Positions 20,001 through 30,700 of a stretch of DNA of 52,419 nt are shown here, piece by piece. This DNA is from Gemmatimonadales bacterium. GTDB lineage: Bacteria; Gemmatimonadota; Gemmatimonadetes; Gemmatimonadales; GWC2-71-9. Every line of letters starts with the position of its first letter. The first letter of the stretch is position 1. The stretch covers positions 1-52,419 of the forward strand of contig JBBQFH010000021.1 of the NCBI GenBank assembly GCA_038321865.1. The letters run 5' to 3'. A program made the position numbers and the translations under genes. The notes beneath the pieces were generated by a model. The model was not told the DNA's origin. It was given only the letters and a program-made list of their open reading frames with translations, and did no database searches.

Positions 20001-20074
20001 TACGGCGCGCGGGGATCGGCGGCGCGGGACGGCTGCTGGGCGGCGAGCGCGAGGAGCGCGAGTGGCAGAAGCAT
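17060..20074 (-). CDS. M1 family zinc aminopeptidase with a C-terminal Omp85-like beta-barrel region
   Basis: Signal peptide; YWQQ.V.Y, AQWYPK, GGTEFPM and HELGH...LDEGF (HExxH-x18-E). The C-terminus has amphipathic strands, GLRGY and FADA..DAGVGIR. Confidence 0.85.
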   Translation of the reverse strand: MLLPLALLALAAQQPSRAADPRAPYWQQQVAYRISASLDEPSGVLSGHEAIVYVNHSPDTLATFSLHLYLNAFRPGSRWADADSVEGNRRFNDLRDPDFAFNHVSDVRIMGQPVTAVYPFAPDSTIVRYTLPRPLAPGDSMTVEMGWDARPSTTPRRQGRRGRRFDFAQWYPKVVVYDRYGWEEHPVYPAGEFYGEFGSFLVSLDVPADQVVGATGVALCGDPGWDKANRTPATPVDYQRDFYHVDAAALGADCTARAAGRKTIVWYARDVHHFAMSLNPDYRYEGGRYNDVAVHVLYQPGDEKSWGGGIAVKRTETALAWLDQLYGKFEWPQITNVHRIEGGGTEFPMMIHDGSADQGLIVHELGHNYTMGILANNEWREGYLDEGFTSFQSTWFAEAAGRKGGYENTEAGILGLDLDGASEPTSLVSEDYKDFTSYNIMIYSRGELFYQQLRYIVGDQTMRRILRTYYDRWKLKHVDEDAFRSVAEEVSGKDLSTFFGQWLHDVVLYDYKVGRVDRQRIAGGRWRTRVEVVRLAPGRIPVEVAAIAGTDTTVVRTPGLATREWVVLETAHEPGAIVVDPRVRAHDWNMLNNYRALGFRPLTLVFGPGRAPDLYLDTYLSGRSRRDRMTLGVAPAVWYNDVGGLTVGLRTRNDYLGRFEQDRLMISQSTGAANPSTVTDRKDFDFDLRLRNPVWLRSPGMSQTLDAFRIEGRLGGRLAFDKTTRAHLGFGPTHTLGASAMWVSTQKMAYLDPRAWENAGTVEGELHAATGTRSGKWGLTARTSVGGGLAYMNPGPGVRAANRYDVQGYFRGTIEATARRPLGRKLNLGLRFYAGTALAKDTVVRQRRIYLGGADPYEQLHNPFTRSVGSLFRQEHVQYQVPGGAGLRGYDPMLSALSAVAVNLDLERQVIARPRAKLFRSVGIAVFADAALADGDFSERPSGTAPRVGGDAGVGIRATHRIGTTQFVTRFDMPLYVGFGYLAHDQVTGKRFGWRWTFSFQPPY

Positions 20075-20191
20075 GGGCTCGGAAGTCTGGAGGTGGTGTC
20101 GCTGACGACGGCCGCGGCCGGAAACATAACGGCACGATCCCCCGGACGGCCCTGCCCGGGGGATCGTTTCGACGCTGCCGATGCGCCGGTC

Positions 20192-20728
20192 CTACCGGAC
20201 GAGCAGCTGCCGCCTCAGCTTGGTCATCCGCCGGCGGATCGAGCCGTCGTAGATCCGGTCGCCGACGCGGACGATCGTGCCGCCGAGAATCGCCGGATCG
20301 GTGCTGAAGCGGGCGATGACTTCCTTGCCCAGCATCCGGCTCAGCGCCTCGGTGATGCTTGTTTCGAGCGCCGCATCCGGCGTCCGCGCCAGCGTCACGC
20401 CCGCGCGGATCCGGTTGTGCTTCACGTCCACCAGGGCTGCGTGTTCCCGCGCGATCTCGCGCAGCAGCCCGTGCCGCCCGCGCTGCACCACCGCCTGCAG
20501 GAAGAGCACGAACTCGCGCGGCGCCGACTTGAGCGCCTCGCTGAGCAGCCGGGACTTGGCCGCCTTCGGCACCCGCGGCGACATCAGCACCGCCTGCACC
20601 TCGGGCGAGTGCTGGATCGCGGCGGCGACGGCATCGATCAGATCGGCGTACTCCGCCGTCCGCCCGCTGCCCTCACCGAGATCGAAGAGCGCCTCGGCGT
20701 AATTCCGGGCGATCGTCGCCGCGCTCAA
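20192..20728 (-). CDS. atpH: ATP synthase F1 delta subunit
   Basis: IARNYAEALF and DPAILGGTIVRVGDRIYDGSIR. TTG start overlaps the atpF stop. Confidence 0.93.
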   Translation of the reverse strand: MSAATIARNYAEALFDLGEGSGRTAEYADLIDAVAAAIQHSPEVQAVLMSPRVPKAAKSRLLSEALKSAPREFVLFLQAVVQRGRHGLLREIAREHAALVDVKHNRIRAGVTLARTPDAALETSITEALSRMLGKEVIARFSTDPAILGGTIVRVGDRIYDGSIRRRMTKLRRQLLVR

Positions 20729-21270
20729 TGCGTGGGCTCCAGCGTGTTCAGGTAGTTCATGACGAGCGTCCGGTCGGCATCGCTCTCGAGCCGCTGGCCG
20801 ATGAGCTTCGACGCCGCGGCGAGCGAGAGATCCACCGCCTCGCGGCGGAGCTCCTGCACCGCACGGTCCCGCTCGGCGCCGATTTCGCGTCGGGCGCGGG
20901 CCAGCAGCTCTTCCTGCTCCTGCCGGGTCTTCTCCATCGCCACCGTCCGCTCCTTTTCCGCCATTCCCTTGGCCTCGGCGATGAGACCGTGCGCCGAGGT
21001 GCGCGCATCCGCCACCAGCTTCTTGTGCTCCTCCAGCAGCTGCGCCGCCTCCGCCTGCATGCGGGCGGTATCGGCGAGCTGACGCTCGATGGCCTGCTCG
21101 CGCTCTTCCGTGGCCTTCAGGATCGACGGCCACACGAACTTCTTCAGCAGGAAGAAGAGCGTGATGAAGACCAGCCAGGTCCAGATCGCGAGACCGGGAT
21201 TCACCTGGAACGGGGAGGTCGGTGCGCCGGCGCCTTCCGGGGCGGCCAGCGCGAGCAGTGCCATCGGCAT
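20725..21270 (-). CDS. atpF: ATP synthase F0 subunit b
   Basis: NPGLAIWT...F..L..LLKKFVWP.IL...EERE, followed by a coiled coil. Confidence 0.93.
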   Translation of the reverse strand: MPMALLALAAPEGAGAPTSPFQVNPGLAIWTWLVFITLFFLLKKFVWPSILKATEEREQAIERQLADTARMQAEAAQLLEEHKKLVADARTSAHGLIAEAKGMAEKERTVAMEKTRQEQEELLARARREIGAERDRAVQELRREAVDLSLAAASKLIGQRLESDADRTLVMNYLNTLEPTH

Positions 21271-21280
21271 GGTCAGTCCG

Positions 21281-21559
21281 TCAGATGAGCTTGAACAGCA
21301 GGGCGAACACGAGCGCGATGATCGTCGCGCCTTCGAGCAGCACGGCGATGAGCAGCGCGGCGCCGCGGATCTCGCCGGCCGCTTCCGGCTGGCGCGCGAT
21401 CGCTTCGGCCGCCGAGCCGCCGATGCGGCCGAGGCCGAGGCCGGCGCCGAGGACGGCGAGGCCGATGCCGATGCCGGCGCCGAGGAGTGCATTCGTGTTG
21501 CGGGCGACTTCAACCCCGGCCGGGACCGCGTCCTGGAACAGCATGAGCAGGTTCAGCAT
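21281..21559 (-). CDS. atpE: ATP synthase F0 subunit c
   Basis: GxGxGxG stripe, ARQPEA loop and conserved Glu (LLEG); AAGGA SD. Confidence 0.95.
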   Translation of the reverse strand: MLNLLMLFQDAVPAGVEVARNTNALLGAGIGIGLAVLGAGLGLGRIGGSAAEAIARQPEAAGEIRGAALLIAVLLEGATIIALVFALLFKLI

Positions 21560-21729
21560 GTGGTCGTCCTTGCGAAGTGGGAGAATTCCTTGCCATGGGC
21601 GCCGATCCGGTCAGCCGCCGCGTCTCCCGCGCCGCGGATCCCGGAGCCCGCCAGTGCCGATCCGGCAGCGGGTATCGCCGGCCATTCGGCCGGCTACGAA
21701 CGGAGCCGCGCGTCGCGCGCGGGCGGCTC

Positions 21730-22593
21730 CTAGTGCTCGTGCTGCATCAGCCCGATGAACACCGAGCTCAGCAGCGCGAAGACATACGCCTGCAGGAGTG
21801 CCACGATCAGCTCGAGCATCATGATCCCGGTGACCAGGACCGCCGTGACCAGGCCGATGCCGACGTTCCAGATGTAGAGCTGCCCGAAGAGAAAAATGAT
21901 GCCGAACAGCGACAGGATCACGAAGTGGCCCGCCGTCATGTTGCCGAACAGACGGACCGCCAGCGCGAACGGCTTGACCAGCTTGCCCAGGATCTCGATG
22001 GGAGCCATCGCCACCGACATCACCGCCCCGCCGGCACCCGAGAGTCCGGGAACCTGGGGAAAGATCGTGTGCAGGTAGCCCTTGGGGCCCAGCTTGACGA
22101 AGCCGCCCACCTCGACCGCGATGAAGACCATCAGCGCCAGCGCCGCCGTGACGGCGAGATTGCCCGTGGCGGAGGAGCCCCACGGGAGCAATCCGAGCAG
22201 GTTGGCGAACAGCACCAGGAAGAAGAGGGTGAGGATGAAGGGGGCGTAGCGCGAGCCCTCGTGACCGATGTTGGCGATGGCGATTTCGCTGCGGACGTAG
22301 AGCACCATCGCTTCCACCGCGTTGCCGAAGCCCTTCGGCGCCTTGCCCAGCCGGTGCTGGCGCTCGATTGCCCGCGCGCCAAGCCAGAGGACCAGGAATA
22401 CCAGCGTCGCGGCCAGCACCAGAAACACCACGTGCTTGGTGGGTGACAGGTTCAGCGTCATGCCCGCCATGTGAATATCTGGCCAGCGCGGCAGATGGAT
22501 GACGCCGAACGGCTCGAAGTCGAGCGTCCAGGCGTCAGCCGTATGGTGCAGCACCATCTCGCCGATGTTGAGCTTGCCGGATTCCTGAATCAT
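21730..22593 (-). CDS. atpB: ATP synthase F0 subunit a
   Basis: NLLGLLP, ATGN, KPFALAVRLFGNMTAGH and LELIVALLQAYVF motifs. Confidence 0.95.
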   Translation of the reverse strand: MIQESGKLNIGEMVLHHTADAWTLDFEPFGVIHLPRWPDIHMAGMTLNLSPTKHVVFLVLAATLVFLVLWLGARAIERQHRLGKAPKGFGNAVEAMVLYVRSEIAIANIGHEGSRYAPFILTLFFLVLFANLLGLLPWGSSATGNLAVTAALALMVFIAVEVGGFVKLGPKGYLHTIFPQVPGLSGAGGAVMSVAMAPIEILGKLVKPFALAVRLFGNMTAGHFVILSLFGIIFLFGQLYIWNVGIGLVTAVLVTGIMMLELIVALLQAYVFALLSSVFIGLMQHEH

Positions 22594-22931
22594 CGTGCCA
22601 GCCGGATCTCCATGAAGAGCAACGGGATGAGGACCGCGACGAAGGCGAACGCCGCCGGAATCGGCGGGAAGATGTCCCGCCGCGCCAGGACCGCAACCGG
22701 AATCAGCACCACCCCCAGCAGCCGAAGGCCGGTTCCGGCCGCGTGCTGCTGCAGAAAGCGGCCGAGCGGCGCCGACTCGCTCCCGCGCCCCAGCCGGGTG
22801 GCGGCCAGCTGAATAAGCGTGGCGATCCCGCCGAACACGAGTGCCGGTACTACCGCCGGAGGCCCCATCCAGAGATAGAGCGCCATCGTGACCGCCGCCA
22901 CTAGCGCCACGCCGAGGATGAGGGTCTTCAT
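22590..22931 (-). CDS. atpI: ATP synthase protein I-like membrane protein
   Basis: Four TM helices; lies between the atpZ-like gene and atpB with overlapping start/stop codons. Confidence 0.65.
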   Translation of the reverse strand: MKTLILGVALVAAVTMALYLWMGPPAVVPALVFGGIATLIQLAATRLGRGSESAPLGRFLQQHAAGTGLRLLGVVLIPVAVLARRDIFPPIPAAFAFVAVLIPLLFMEIRLAR

Positions 22932-23170
22932 CACGGGCGGGTCTGCTTCCTGGCGGCCTGCTCGGCGTTCAGTCGCCGGAACACGCTGAAGAACCCCAGT
23001 CCGGTCCCCGCCAGCGCTCCGATGATCGTGCCGGCCGGCAACGTTCCAAGCCAGCGATCCAGGCCGTAGCCGCCGGCCGTAAACAGGATTACCGCGCCGG
23101 CCAGTGTCAGGCACACCCCGAGGTAGCGGTAACCCGCACCGATGTCCGAACCAGGATTGTGGGCCGCCAT
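22931..23170 (-). CDS. AtpZ/AtpI family protein
   Basis: GYGLDRWLGT.P motif, two TM helices, first gene of the atp operon. Confidence 0.8.
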   Translation of the reverse strand: MAAHNPGSDIGAGYRYLGVCLTLAGAVILFTAGGYGLDRWLGTLPAGTIIGALAGTGLGFFSVFRRLNAEQAARKQTRP

Positions 23171-23190
23171 AACGACGCAAAACTAGGCGC

Positions 23191-23208
23191 TTGTGAAATA
23201 TTTCGCAA
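23191..23208. promoter_or_regulatory. Rex-type operator palindrome
   Basis: TTGTGAA-ATAT-TTCGCAA, one mismatch from the Rex consensus TTGTGAA-N4-TTCACAA. It lies 20 nt upstream of the atp operon start, in the atp/moxR divergent region. Confidence 0.65.
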
Positions 23209-23300
23209 GCAATTCCCGATTAGGTTTGGTGCAACTTCGGTCCTCCCTTCCGCGTACGCGTGGGAAGTCCCGTTTTCGAAGCCCTGTCTGCCAGGAACTC

Positions 23301-24323
<1,023 letters not shown>

Positions 24324-24494
24324 GTCCATGGGAAGGATGATGTTGCCACGCCACTAACGCGTGGGTGAAAGGGGACTATATTCCGGGCACACCAGAGAGC
24401 GCCGTTCACGGCCGCCGCGGCGGCGAAACTCTCGGGGTGCAACCTCCGTGATGACGGCCGGCCACTCGGCGTCACGCGGGCAAAGGCGGGGGAA

Positions 24495-24749
24495 ATGGTC
24501 GGGATCCTCATGGAGGGCGTGCTGTTCGTCGCGATCGTCGCGGCGATGGCCGCTCTCCTTTTTTATGCCGCGGTGGCGTTCACGCCGCTCGGCAGGCGGA
24601 TCCGCGAGACACGGAACCGCAAGCGCCTCGAGCAGGAGCTCGAGCTGACCTGCCCCTTCCATGGGGCGCAGCGCGAGGACGAGATGGTCCGCCTTCCCTC
24701 GGGCGACCGGCTCTGCCCCGTCTGCTACAAGGAGGCCATCCATGGGTAG
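24495..24749 (+). CDS. Small membrane protein with a C-terminal CxxH/CxxC zinc-ribbon-like motif
   Basis: One TM helix, then CPFHG...LCPVC. Its stop overlaps the SPFH gene start region. Confidence 0.65.
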   Translation: MVGILMEGVLFVAIVAAMAALLFYAAVAFTPLGRRIRETRNRKRLEQELELTCPFHGAQREDEMVRLPSGDRLCPVCYKEAIHG

Positions 24750-25644
24750 CTCGCTCGGCAGTCGGCTCGGGAACGGCAGCGGACGGGGCCTGATGCGGCT
24801 CGTCGCCGTTGTCATCGGCGTGATCCTGCTCATCCTGCTCACCGCGTCGTCCATGACCTACGTGAACCCCGGCTACGTCGGCATCGTGATCCACCGGGCC
24901 GGCGGCGGCGTGGACGTGCAGGCGCTGGGCCCGGGACTCCACGCACGCAATCCACTGACTACGGGCATCGTCGAGTACCCCGTGTTCATGCAGACGCTGC
25001 TGCTGGCGCGGACGCCGAGCGAGGGTTCGCCGCGCAATGATGAAATCAACGTCAACTCGGTCGAGGGCCAGCCGCTGTCGCTCGACGTGTCGATGTCCTT
25101 CGAGCTGAATCCGGCGGCGGTGCCCAAGCTGTACCAGACGTTCCGGACCGACATCGCCACCATTCAGCACGGCTACGTGAAGCAGGCGATCCGGCAGGCG
25201 CTGCAGGAGGTGGTGGGCCACGAGGCGATCGCCGACATCATCGGCCCCAAGAAGGCCGAGGTCGTGGCCCGGGCCCAGCGGCTGATCGAGGAGCGGCTGT
25301 CGCCCTACGGGATCGAGGTCAAGCAGCTGACGCTGAACGAAACGCGGGCGCCCGAAGCGGTGATGCAGGCGATCAGCCTGAAAAACGTCATGCAGCAGCA
25401 GGGCCTGACCGCGCAGAACGAGCTCCAGAAGAACCAGTTCCAGGCCCAGGGCGACTCGATCAAGGCCGCCGGCCGCGCCAAGGCGATCACCGCCGAGGCC
25501 GAGGCGCAGGCCAAGGCCAACCGGCTGCTGGCGGAAAGCATCACCCCGACGCTGGTGCAGTACGAGATGGCCAAGCGGTGGAACGGGCAGATGCCGCAGG
25601 TGACCGGCGGCGCCATGCCGATGATTCAGCTGCCGACGAAATAG
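24742..25644 (+). CDS. SPFH/prohibitin family protein
   Basis: TM helix, V.PGYVGI, PGLH, and AEAEAQAKANRLLAESIT...WNGQMP tail; AAGGAGG SD. Confidence 0.88.
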   Translation: MGSSLGSRLGNGSGRGLMRLVAVVIGVILLILLTASSMTYVNPGYVGIVIHRAGGGVDVQALGPGLHARNPLTTGIVEYPVFMQTLLLARTPSEGSPRNDEINVNSVEGQPLSLDVSMSFELNPAAVPKLYQTFRTDIATIQHGYVKQAIRQALQEVVGHEAIADIIGPKKAEVVARAQRLIEERLSPYGIEVKQLTLNETRAPEAVMQAISLKNVMQQQGLTAQNELQKNQFQAQGDSIKAAGRAKAITAEAEAQAKANRLLAESITPTLVQYEMAKRWNGQMPQVTGGAMPMIQLPTK

Positions 25645-25652
25645 GAACGGCC

Positions 25653-26261
25653 ATGGAGCTCTACACCTTCTGCCTGGTGCTCGGCGCCGCGGGACTCGCC
25701 GTCATGGCGTTCTCGGGGCTCGGGCACCACGGGCCGGGACATGCGCACGGCGGCCACGGTCACGCCGGCCACAGCCATGCGGGTCACCACCACGGTGCAC
25801 CCGCGAACAGCCACGGGCACGACGCCGGCGGATCGCGACTGCTGTCCCTCCTGTCGCCCCGGGTGATCTTCAGCGCCCTGGTCGGGTTCGGAGCCACGGG
25901 CATTCTGCTGCGGCACCTGCTGAGCGGGCCGCTGCTGCTGGGCGCGGCGCTGGCGGGCGGCATCGTCTTCGAAGCGTTGCTGGTGGCGCCGCTCTGGAAC
26001 CTGCTGTTCCGGTTCGCCTCGAAGCCGGCGCTGACGCTGGAGAGCTGCATCACCGACGAAGCGCGTGCGGTGAGCGGCTTCGACCGCAACGGCCAGGGGC
26101 TGATCGCGATCGATCTCGACGGGCAGGTGGTGCAGGTGCTCGGCACGCTGCGGCCGGAGGACGTGTCGGCCGGCGTGCGGGTGCGGGCCGGGGACAAGGT
26201 GCGGGTGGAAGAGGTCGATACCGCCCGGAATCGCTGTACCGTGTCACCGCTCGGCGGCTGA
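25653..26261 (+). CDS. NfeD/YqiJ-like membrane protein with a His-rich loop and C-terminal OB-fold
   Basis: TM helix, His/Gly-rich loop, two TM helices (FGATG), and G....IDLDG...GDKVRV..VD tail. Sits between two SPFH genes. Confidence 0.75.
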   Translation: MELYTFCLVLGAAGLAVMAFSGLGHHGPGHAHGGHGHAGHSHAGHHHGAPANSHGHDAGGSRLLSLLSPRVIFSALVGFGATGILLRHLLSGPLLLGAALAGGIVFEALLVAPLWNLLFRFASKPALTLESCITDEARAVSGFDRNGQGLIAIDLDGQVVQVLGTLRPEDVSAGVRVRAGDKVRVEEVDTARNRCTVSPLGG

Positions 26262-26297
26262 TCGCCGGCGAACTCTCTCAGTACAACGGAGCGTGAG

Positions 26298-27590
26298 ATG
26301 ACGAAAGACCTGGTGATCGTTGTCGGTGTGCTGATCGGCGTATTCGCGGTGCTGCCGATGATCGTCGCCGCCTTCCTGCGCGACGTGCAGGCCGGCACCA
26401 TCCGGCTGGTCAGCTGGCTGCAGGGGTCCACGGTGATCTACCGCGGTCCCGGCAAGTCGAAGGAGATCCCGCTGCTCACCACCGGCACCACGATCTCGAG
26501 CAAGGTGATCAACATCGACCTCGACATCACCGACCAGACGGCCGATGTGGACGACAACGGCATCCCCCGCCCCATCAAGGTGCGGGTGCTGGCGAGCGCC
26601 ATCGTGTCGGTGGGCGACAGCGACGAGCTGATCAAGACCGCCGCCAACCGCTACTTCTCGAAGCCGGAGGCGGACCAGCTCAATACGCTGACCGACCTGC
26701 TCTCGAGCTCCGGCCGCCGCGCCATGAACCTGCTCACCCACGATCAGCTCTTTTCGGCCAAGACGGCGCCCAGGGCGCTCACGGCCGGCGGCACCAGTGG
26801 CACCGCCGTGGTCGAGCGCTCCGCAGCGCAGGCGGTGCAGGCGGCCGAGGACGACGACGATCCGCTCGCCGTGATCATCCGGAAGGCCTGCTCGCGCGAG
26901 CTCACCGATCTCGGCCTGATCTTCAACTCGCTCAACATCAAGGTGGTGCAGAGCGAGGTGGCGGAATCCCGGCGCCGCCAGTCGGCGGCCGAGGCGCAGG
27001 CCAACGCCGATATCGTGGCGGCGCAGCAGACCCGGCGCGCCAAGGAGGCGCAGCTGGAGGCCGATCGGGTGATTTCCGACAAGCAGCGGGAGCTGGACCA
27101 GACGCGGGCCGCGAATGCCGCGCTGATCGCAGCGGCAGAGGCGAAGAAGCAGGACGCCCTGGCCCTCCAGCGCACGGCCGAGCTGGGGGCGACCCAGATC
27201 GCGGAAGCACGAGCCGATGCCGAGCGGGTACAGATCGAGGCCGCCGCCGCCGCGCAGGCGGAGGCGATCCGGATCACCACGGTCGCGACGGCGACGGCCG
27301 AGAGCATCCGGAAGGTGAACGAGGCGATCCAGGCCGGCGGCGACAGCTACTTCAGGTATCGCCAGATCGAGATGCTGCCGCAGGTGGTGCCGGCCATCGC
27401 GGAGGCGCTGGCGCAGGCGCGCCTGGTGACGATCTCGAGCGACGGCAAGGGGGCGCCGGGCTCATCGGCGAGCAACATCGTGGAGGTGATTCAGACAGTG
27501 CTGACGGCGCAGCTGGTGGCGAAGGGCGGCATTCTCGACGCCTCTCCCCAGGCGCCGGCACCCGGCACGAAGGGTTCCGACCGCAGCTGA
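26298..27590 (+). CDS. Flotillin-like SPFH protein
   Basis: N-terminal TM helix, SPFH-like core (LGL...SLNIK), long AEA-rich coiled coil and IEMLPQ.....AE.L tail. Confidence 0.75.
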   Translation: MTKDLVIVVGVLIGVFAVLPMIVAAFLRDVQAGTIRLVSWLQGSTVIYRGPGKSKEIPLLTTGTTISSKVINIDLDITDQTADVDDNGIPRPIKVRVLASAIVSVGDSDELIKTAANRYFSKPEADQLNTLTDLLSSSGRRAMNLLTHDQLFSAKTAPRALTAGGTSGTAVVERSAAQAVQAAEDDDDPLAVIIRKACSRELTDLGLIFNSLNIKVVQSEVAESRRRQSAAEAQANADIVAAQQTRRAKEAQLEADRVISDKQRELDQTRAANAALIAAAEAKKQDALALQRTAELGATQIAEARADAERVQIEAAAAAQAEAIRITTVATATAESIRKVNEAIQAGGDSYFRYRQIEMLPQVVPAIAEALAQARLVTISSDGKGAPGSSASNIVEVIQTVLTAQLVAKGGILDASPQAPAPGTKGSDRS

Positions 27591-27608
27591 TCGGCTCCGC
27601 CTGGAGCG

Positions 27609-27651
27609 ACGGCCCGGCCTCCCGTTTCGGGGTGCCGGGCCGTTCTGTCTT
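27609..27651 (+). terminator. Probable intrinsic terminator after the flotillin gene
   Basis: Stem ACGGCCCGGC (27609-18) / GCCGGGCCGT (27634-43) followed by TCTGTCTT. Confidence 0.6.
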
Positions 27652-27740
27652 GCGGACTCATCCGGCGGCGCGATAATGGGTTGACGACAGATTGCGAGTG
27701 CGGCGCCACAGTAGGGTCCTCCCTATCCACGGACGGTCAC

Positions 27741-30700
27741 ATGGAACCGCGCCTGAGCCTGCGCTGCCTCGGAGAGCCGGTGCTGGCCGGTCCGGACGGC
27801 GAGCCGATCCGGTTCAAGGTCCGCAAGCATCTGGCGCTGCTGGTCTTCCTCGCGGTGGAGCAGAAGGGGCGCCACCACCGGGATTTCCTGGCGGAGTTGC
27901 TCTGGGCCAATCTCCCCGAGCGCGACAACCGCCATTCGCTCGCCACGGCGCTGTCGATGATCCGGGCCAAGGTCGGCGGGGACGCGATCGAGGCTGACCG
28001 CGATCATGTGCGGTTTGCCTGCATGCGGATGGATCTCGACCTGCACCGGCTGGAGGTGGGCGACGTGCTGGCGAGCGAGTTCCAGCCGGCGTTGCAGATC
28101 GCGGGCTTTCTGGACGGGTTCGAGGTCCCGGGCTCGGCGGAGTTCATGCTGTGGCGGGAGCGGCAGCGGGCGCGGTGGCTGCCGCTGGTGCGGGAGGCGT
28201 TGGTCAAGCGCATCGACAAGTGCCGCCGCACCGGTGATTTCAGGCAGATCGAGCACCTGGCCGACCGGATGCTGCACCTCGACGAGCTCAGTGAGGAAGC
28301 GGTACGCGCCAAGATGGAGGCCCGCGCCTTTGCCGGAGACCGGCTGACGGCGCTCAAGGTCTTCGAAGCGTGGAAGGACCGGCTGGATGAGGACCTGGGC
28401 GCGTCGCCCTCCGCACTGGTCGAGGGAATGGCCATCCGGCTTCGGCAGCGAGGGTGGGAGCGCCCGGGCTCCAGCCCGATCCCGGCGGTGCACACCGATC
28501 AGTGGAAAAACCGGCCGTTCGTGGGGCGGGCCAACGAATATCAGGCGCTCTACGAGGCGTGGGAGCGGACCCGGAGGCGTGAGCCCGGTCATGCGATCCT
28601 GGTGGGCGATTCCGGCATCGGGAAGACGACGCTGGCCGATCGCCTCGCCACCGCGGCGGGCCTCGAGGGGGCGGTCACCAGCCGGGTGCAGTGCTACGAG
28701 CTCGAGCGCGAGATCCCCTACGCCACCGTTTCGGGCCTGGTGCATGGGCTCCTCGACAAGCCCGGGGCGTCGGCGACCCCGCCGGAGGCACTGGCCGAGC
28801 TGTCGCGGACGGTGCCGGAAGTGCGGCTCAAGTTCCCCACGATTCCGCCACCAGGTGACAGCCAGGGCGAGACGGCCCGTATCCTCCTGACGGAGGCATT
28901 TCACCAGCTGCTCTCCGCGCTGGCCGACGAGCAGCCGGTGGCGCTGATCGTGGACGATCTCCACCTGGCGGACGATGCGAGTCTGGCGGTGCTGCACCTG
29001 ATGATGCGGCGAGCGCGCGGGCAGCCCATCATGGTGGTGTTCGCGACCCGGGGAGAGGGTCTCGACCAGTCGCCGCAGGCGTCGCGGCTGCGGGAGAGCG
29101 CCGAGCGGCTGGGGATTCGCACGATCGAGCTGGGCCGCATGAGCGACGAGGAGAGCTCGGAGCTGCTGACGTCGTTCATTCCCGCCGGCGAGGAGCAGCC
29201 CGGCCTCGCGGCGCGCCGCGCGCTGCTCCGGGCCGCGGCGGGGTATCCGATGGTGCTGGAGCTGCTGGTGCAGGACTGGCAGGCGAACGGGGAGCGGTCG
29301 TTGGCGTTGTCGGTGGAGGCGATGACCAAGGAGCCACCCAGCAGTCGAGGCTCAAACGAGTCATATAGAATAATCCTCGACAGGATCACAACCGCTCTCG
29401 ATCCGGCAACGAGAAATGTCTTGAACCTCGCATCAATACTCGGGCGCCGGTTGAACGACTTGGATTACTATGGGTTGGCGAGCCTTTCGATTGGCGAATC
29501 GATGTCTGGTATGGCGACTCTTGTTCAAATTCGACTGCTGCGGGAACGGGGCGATGGACTTGAGTTTGTCAACGAGCTTATTCGTGCTCATGTCTACCTG
29601 AATATCCCATCTCCATTAAGACGGGCGATACACGGGCAGATTGCAGGACGGCTGCTTAGCGACGCCAGGCTCGGAAGTAGTCGGTCGGGACTAGAAGTCG
29701 CGTGGCACTGCTTTCGAGGGGGTCGGGAACCTGATGGAATTCCCTATCTCCTGTGTGGCGCTCGCGATGCCATTCGCGATGGCGCGCCCCACGAAGTTGA
29801 ATTGGCACTCTCGTCGGCTTTGTCCTCTCTGTCGGGCGTGCAAAGGGATCAGGCAAAGCTGCTTCTAGTCGAGGCATTTCAGGAACAAGGTCGCTGCCTT
29901 GATTCTCGCATCATAGTATCGGAGCTGCGGAGCGCTGGTTACGTCAGTACTGACAGGCTTCTCGATGTGCTCGACTTAACTGCGAGACATCGCGCGGGTG
30001 ACATTGGCAGCGACAACGCTGAGCACGCGTTGTTTGCATTGGAAGAGATCGTCGGGTCCAGCACGGACCCATCAGTCAGCGCCCGGGCGCTAACCATCGC
30101 GGCGCTCATTGTTGACGACACGCAAAACAGGCGTTTCGCGCCACGGCTCCACGGCCTACTTGAACAGCTGGACCCATCCACACTTGATGAAGCCTCAACA
30201 CTTCGACTGCTAATGGCGAGATCAATTCTATGCTACTGGACGGGTCGTCGTGACAGCGCGCGCGTCGAACTTCTGGACGCGGTGGCAAGGCTCCGCACAA
30301 CGACCGTTGCAAATTTGGCGGCTGTTCAACTTGTACATTGCTCATCCGCTATGAACTGCTCGGCCGGGGCGTACGCGTTGGCACTGGAGGACGCATCCTT
30401 TGCTCAGAGGATGGCTGTTCGTCTCGGCAACGATTTGGCCTCTGCGACTGCAGCCGCGAACCTTGCTTTATGCCATGGTAGGCTCGGAGCATATGAAGAT
30501 CAGGTGCGGTGGGCCTCCTGGGGTGAGCAGCTCCTAGGGCCAACATTTACTGGGCATCGGGACATTCAGCTAGGGTTTGCCCGTGCATTCGGCAACGCGA
30601 TGGTACTGCAGGAGGACCCCGCCCTCGCCGCGGTAAGCAAAGTGGACTTACGAATTGCCGGAGTGGCGCCGGAGTGGATGAGGCAGGGCTGGCAACTCCA

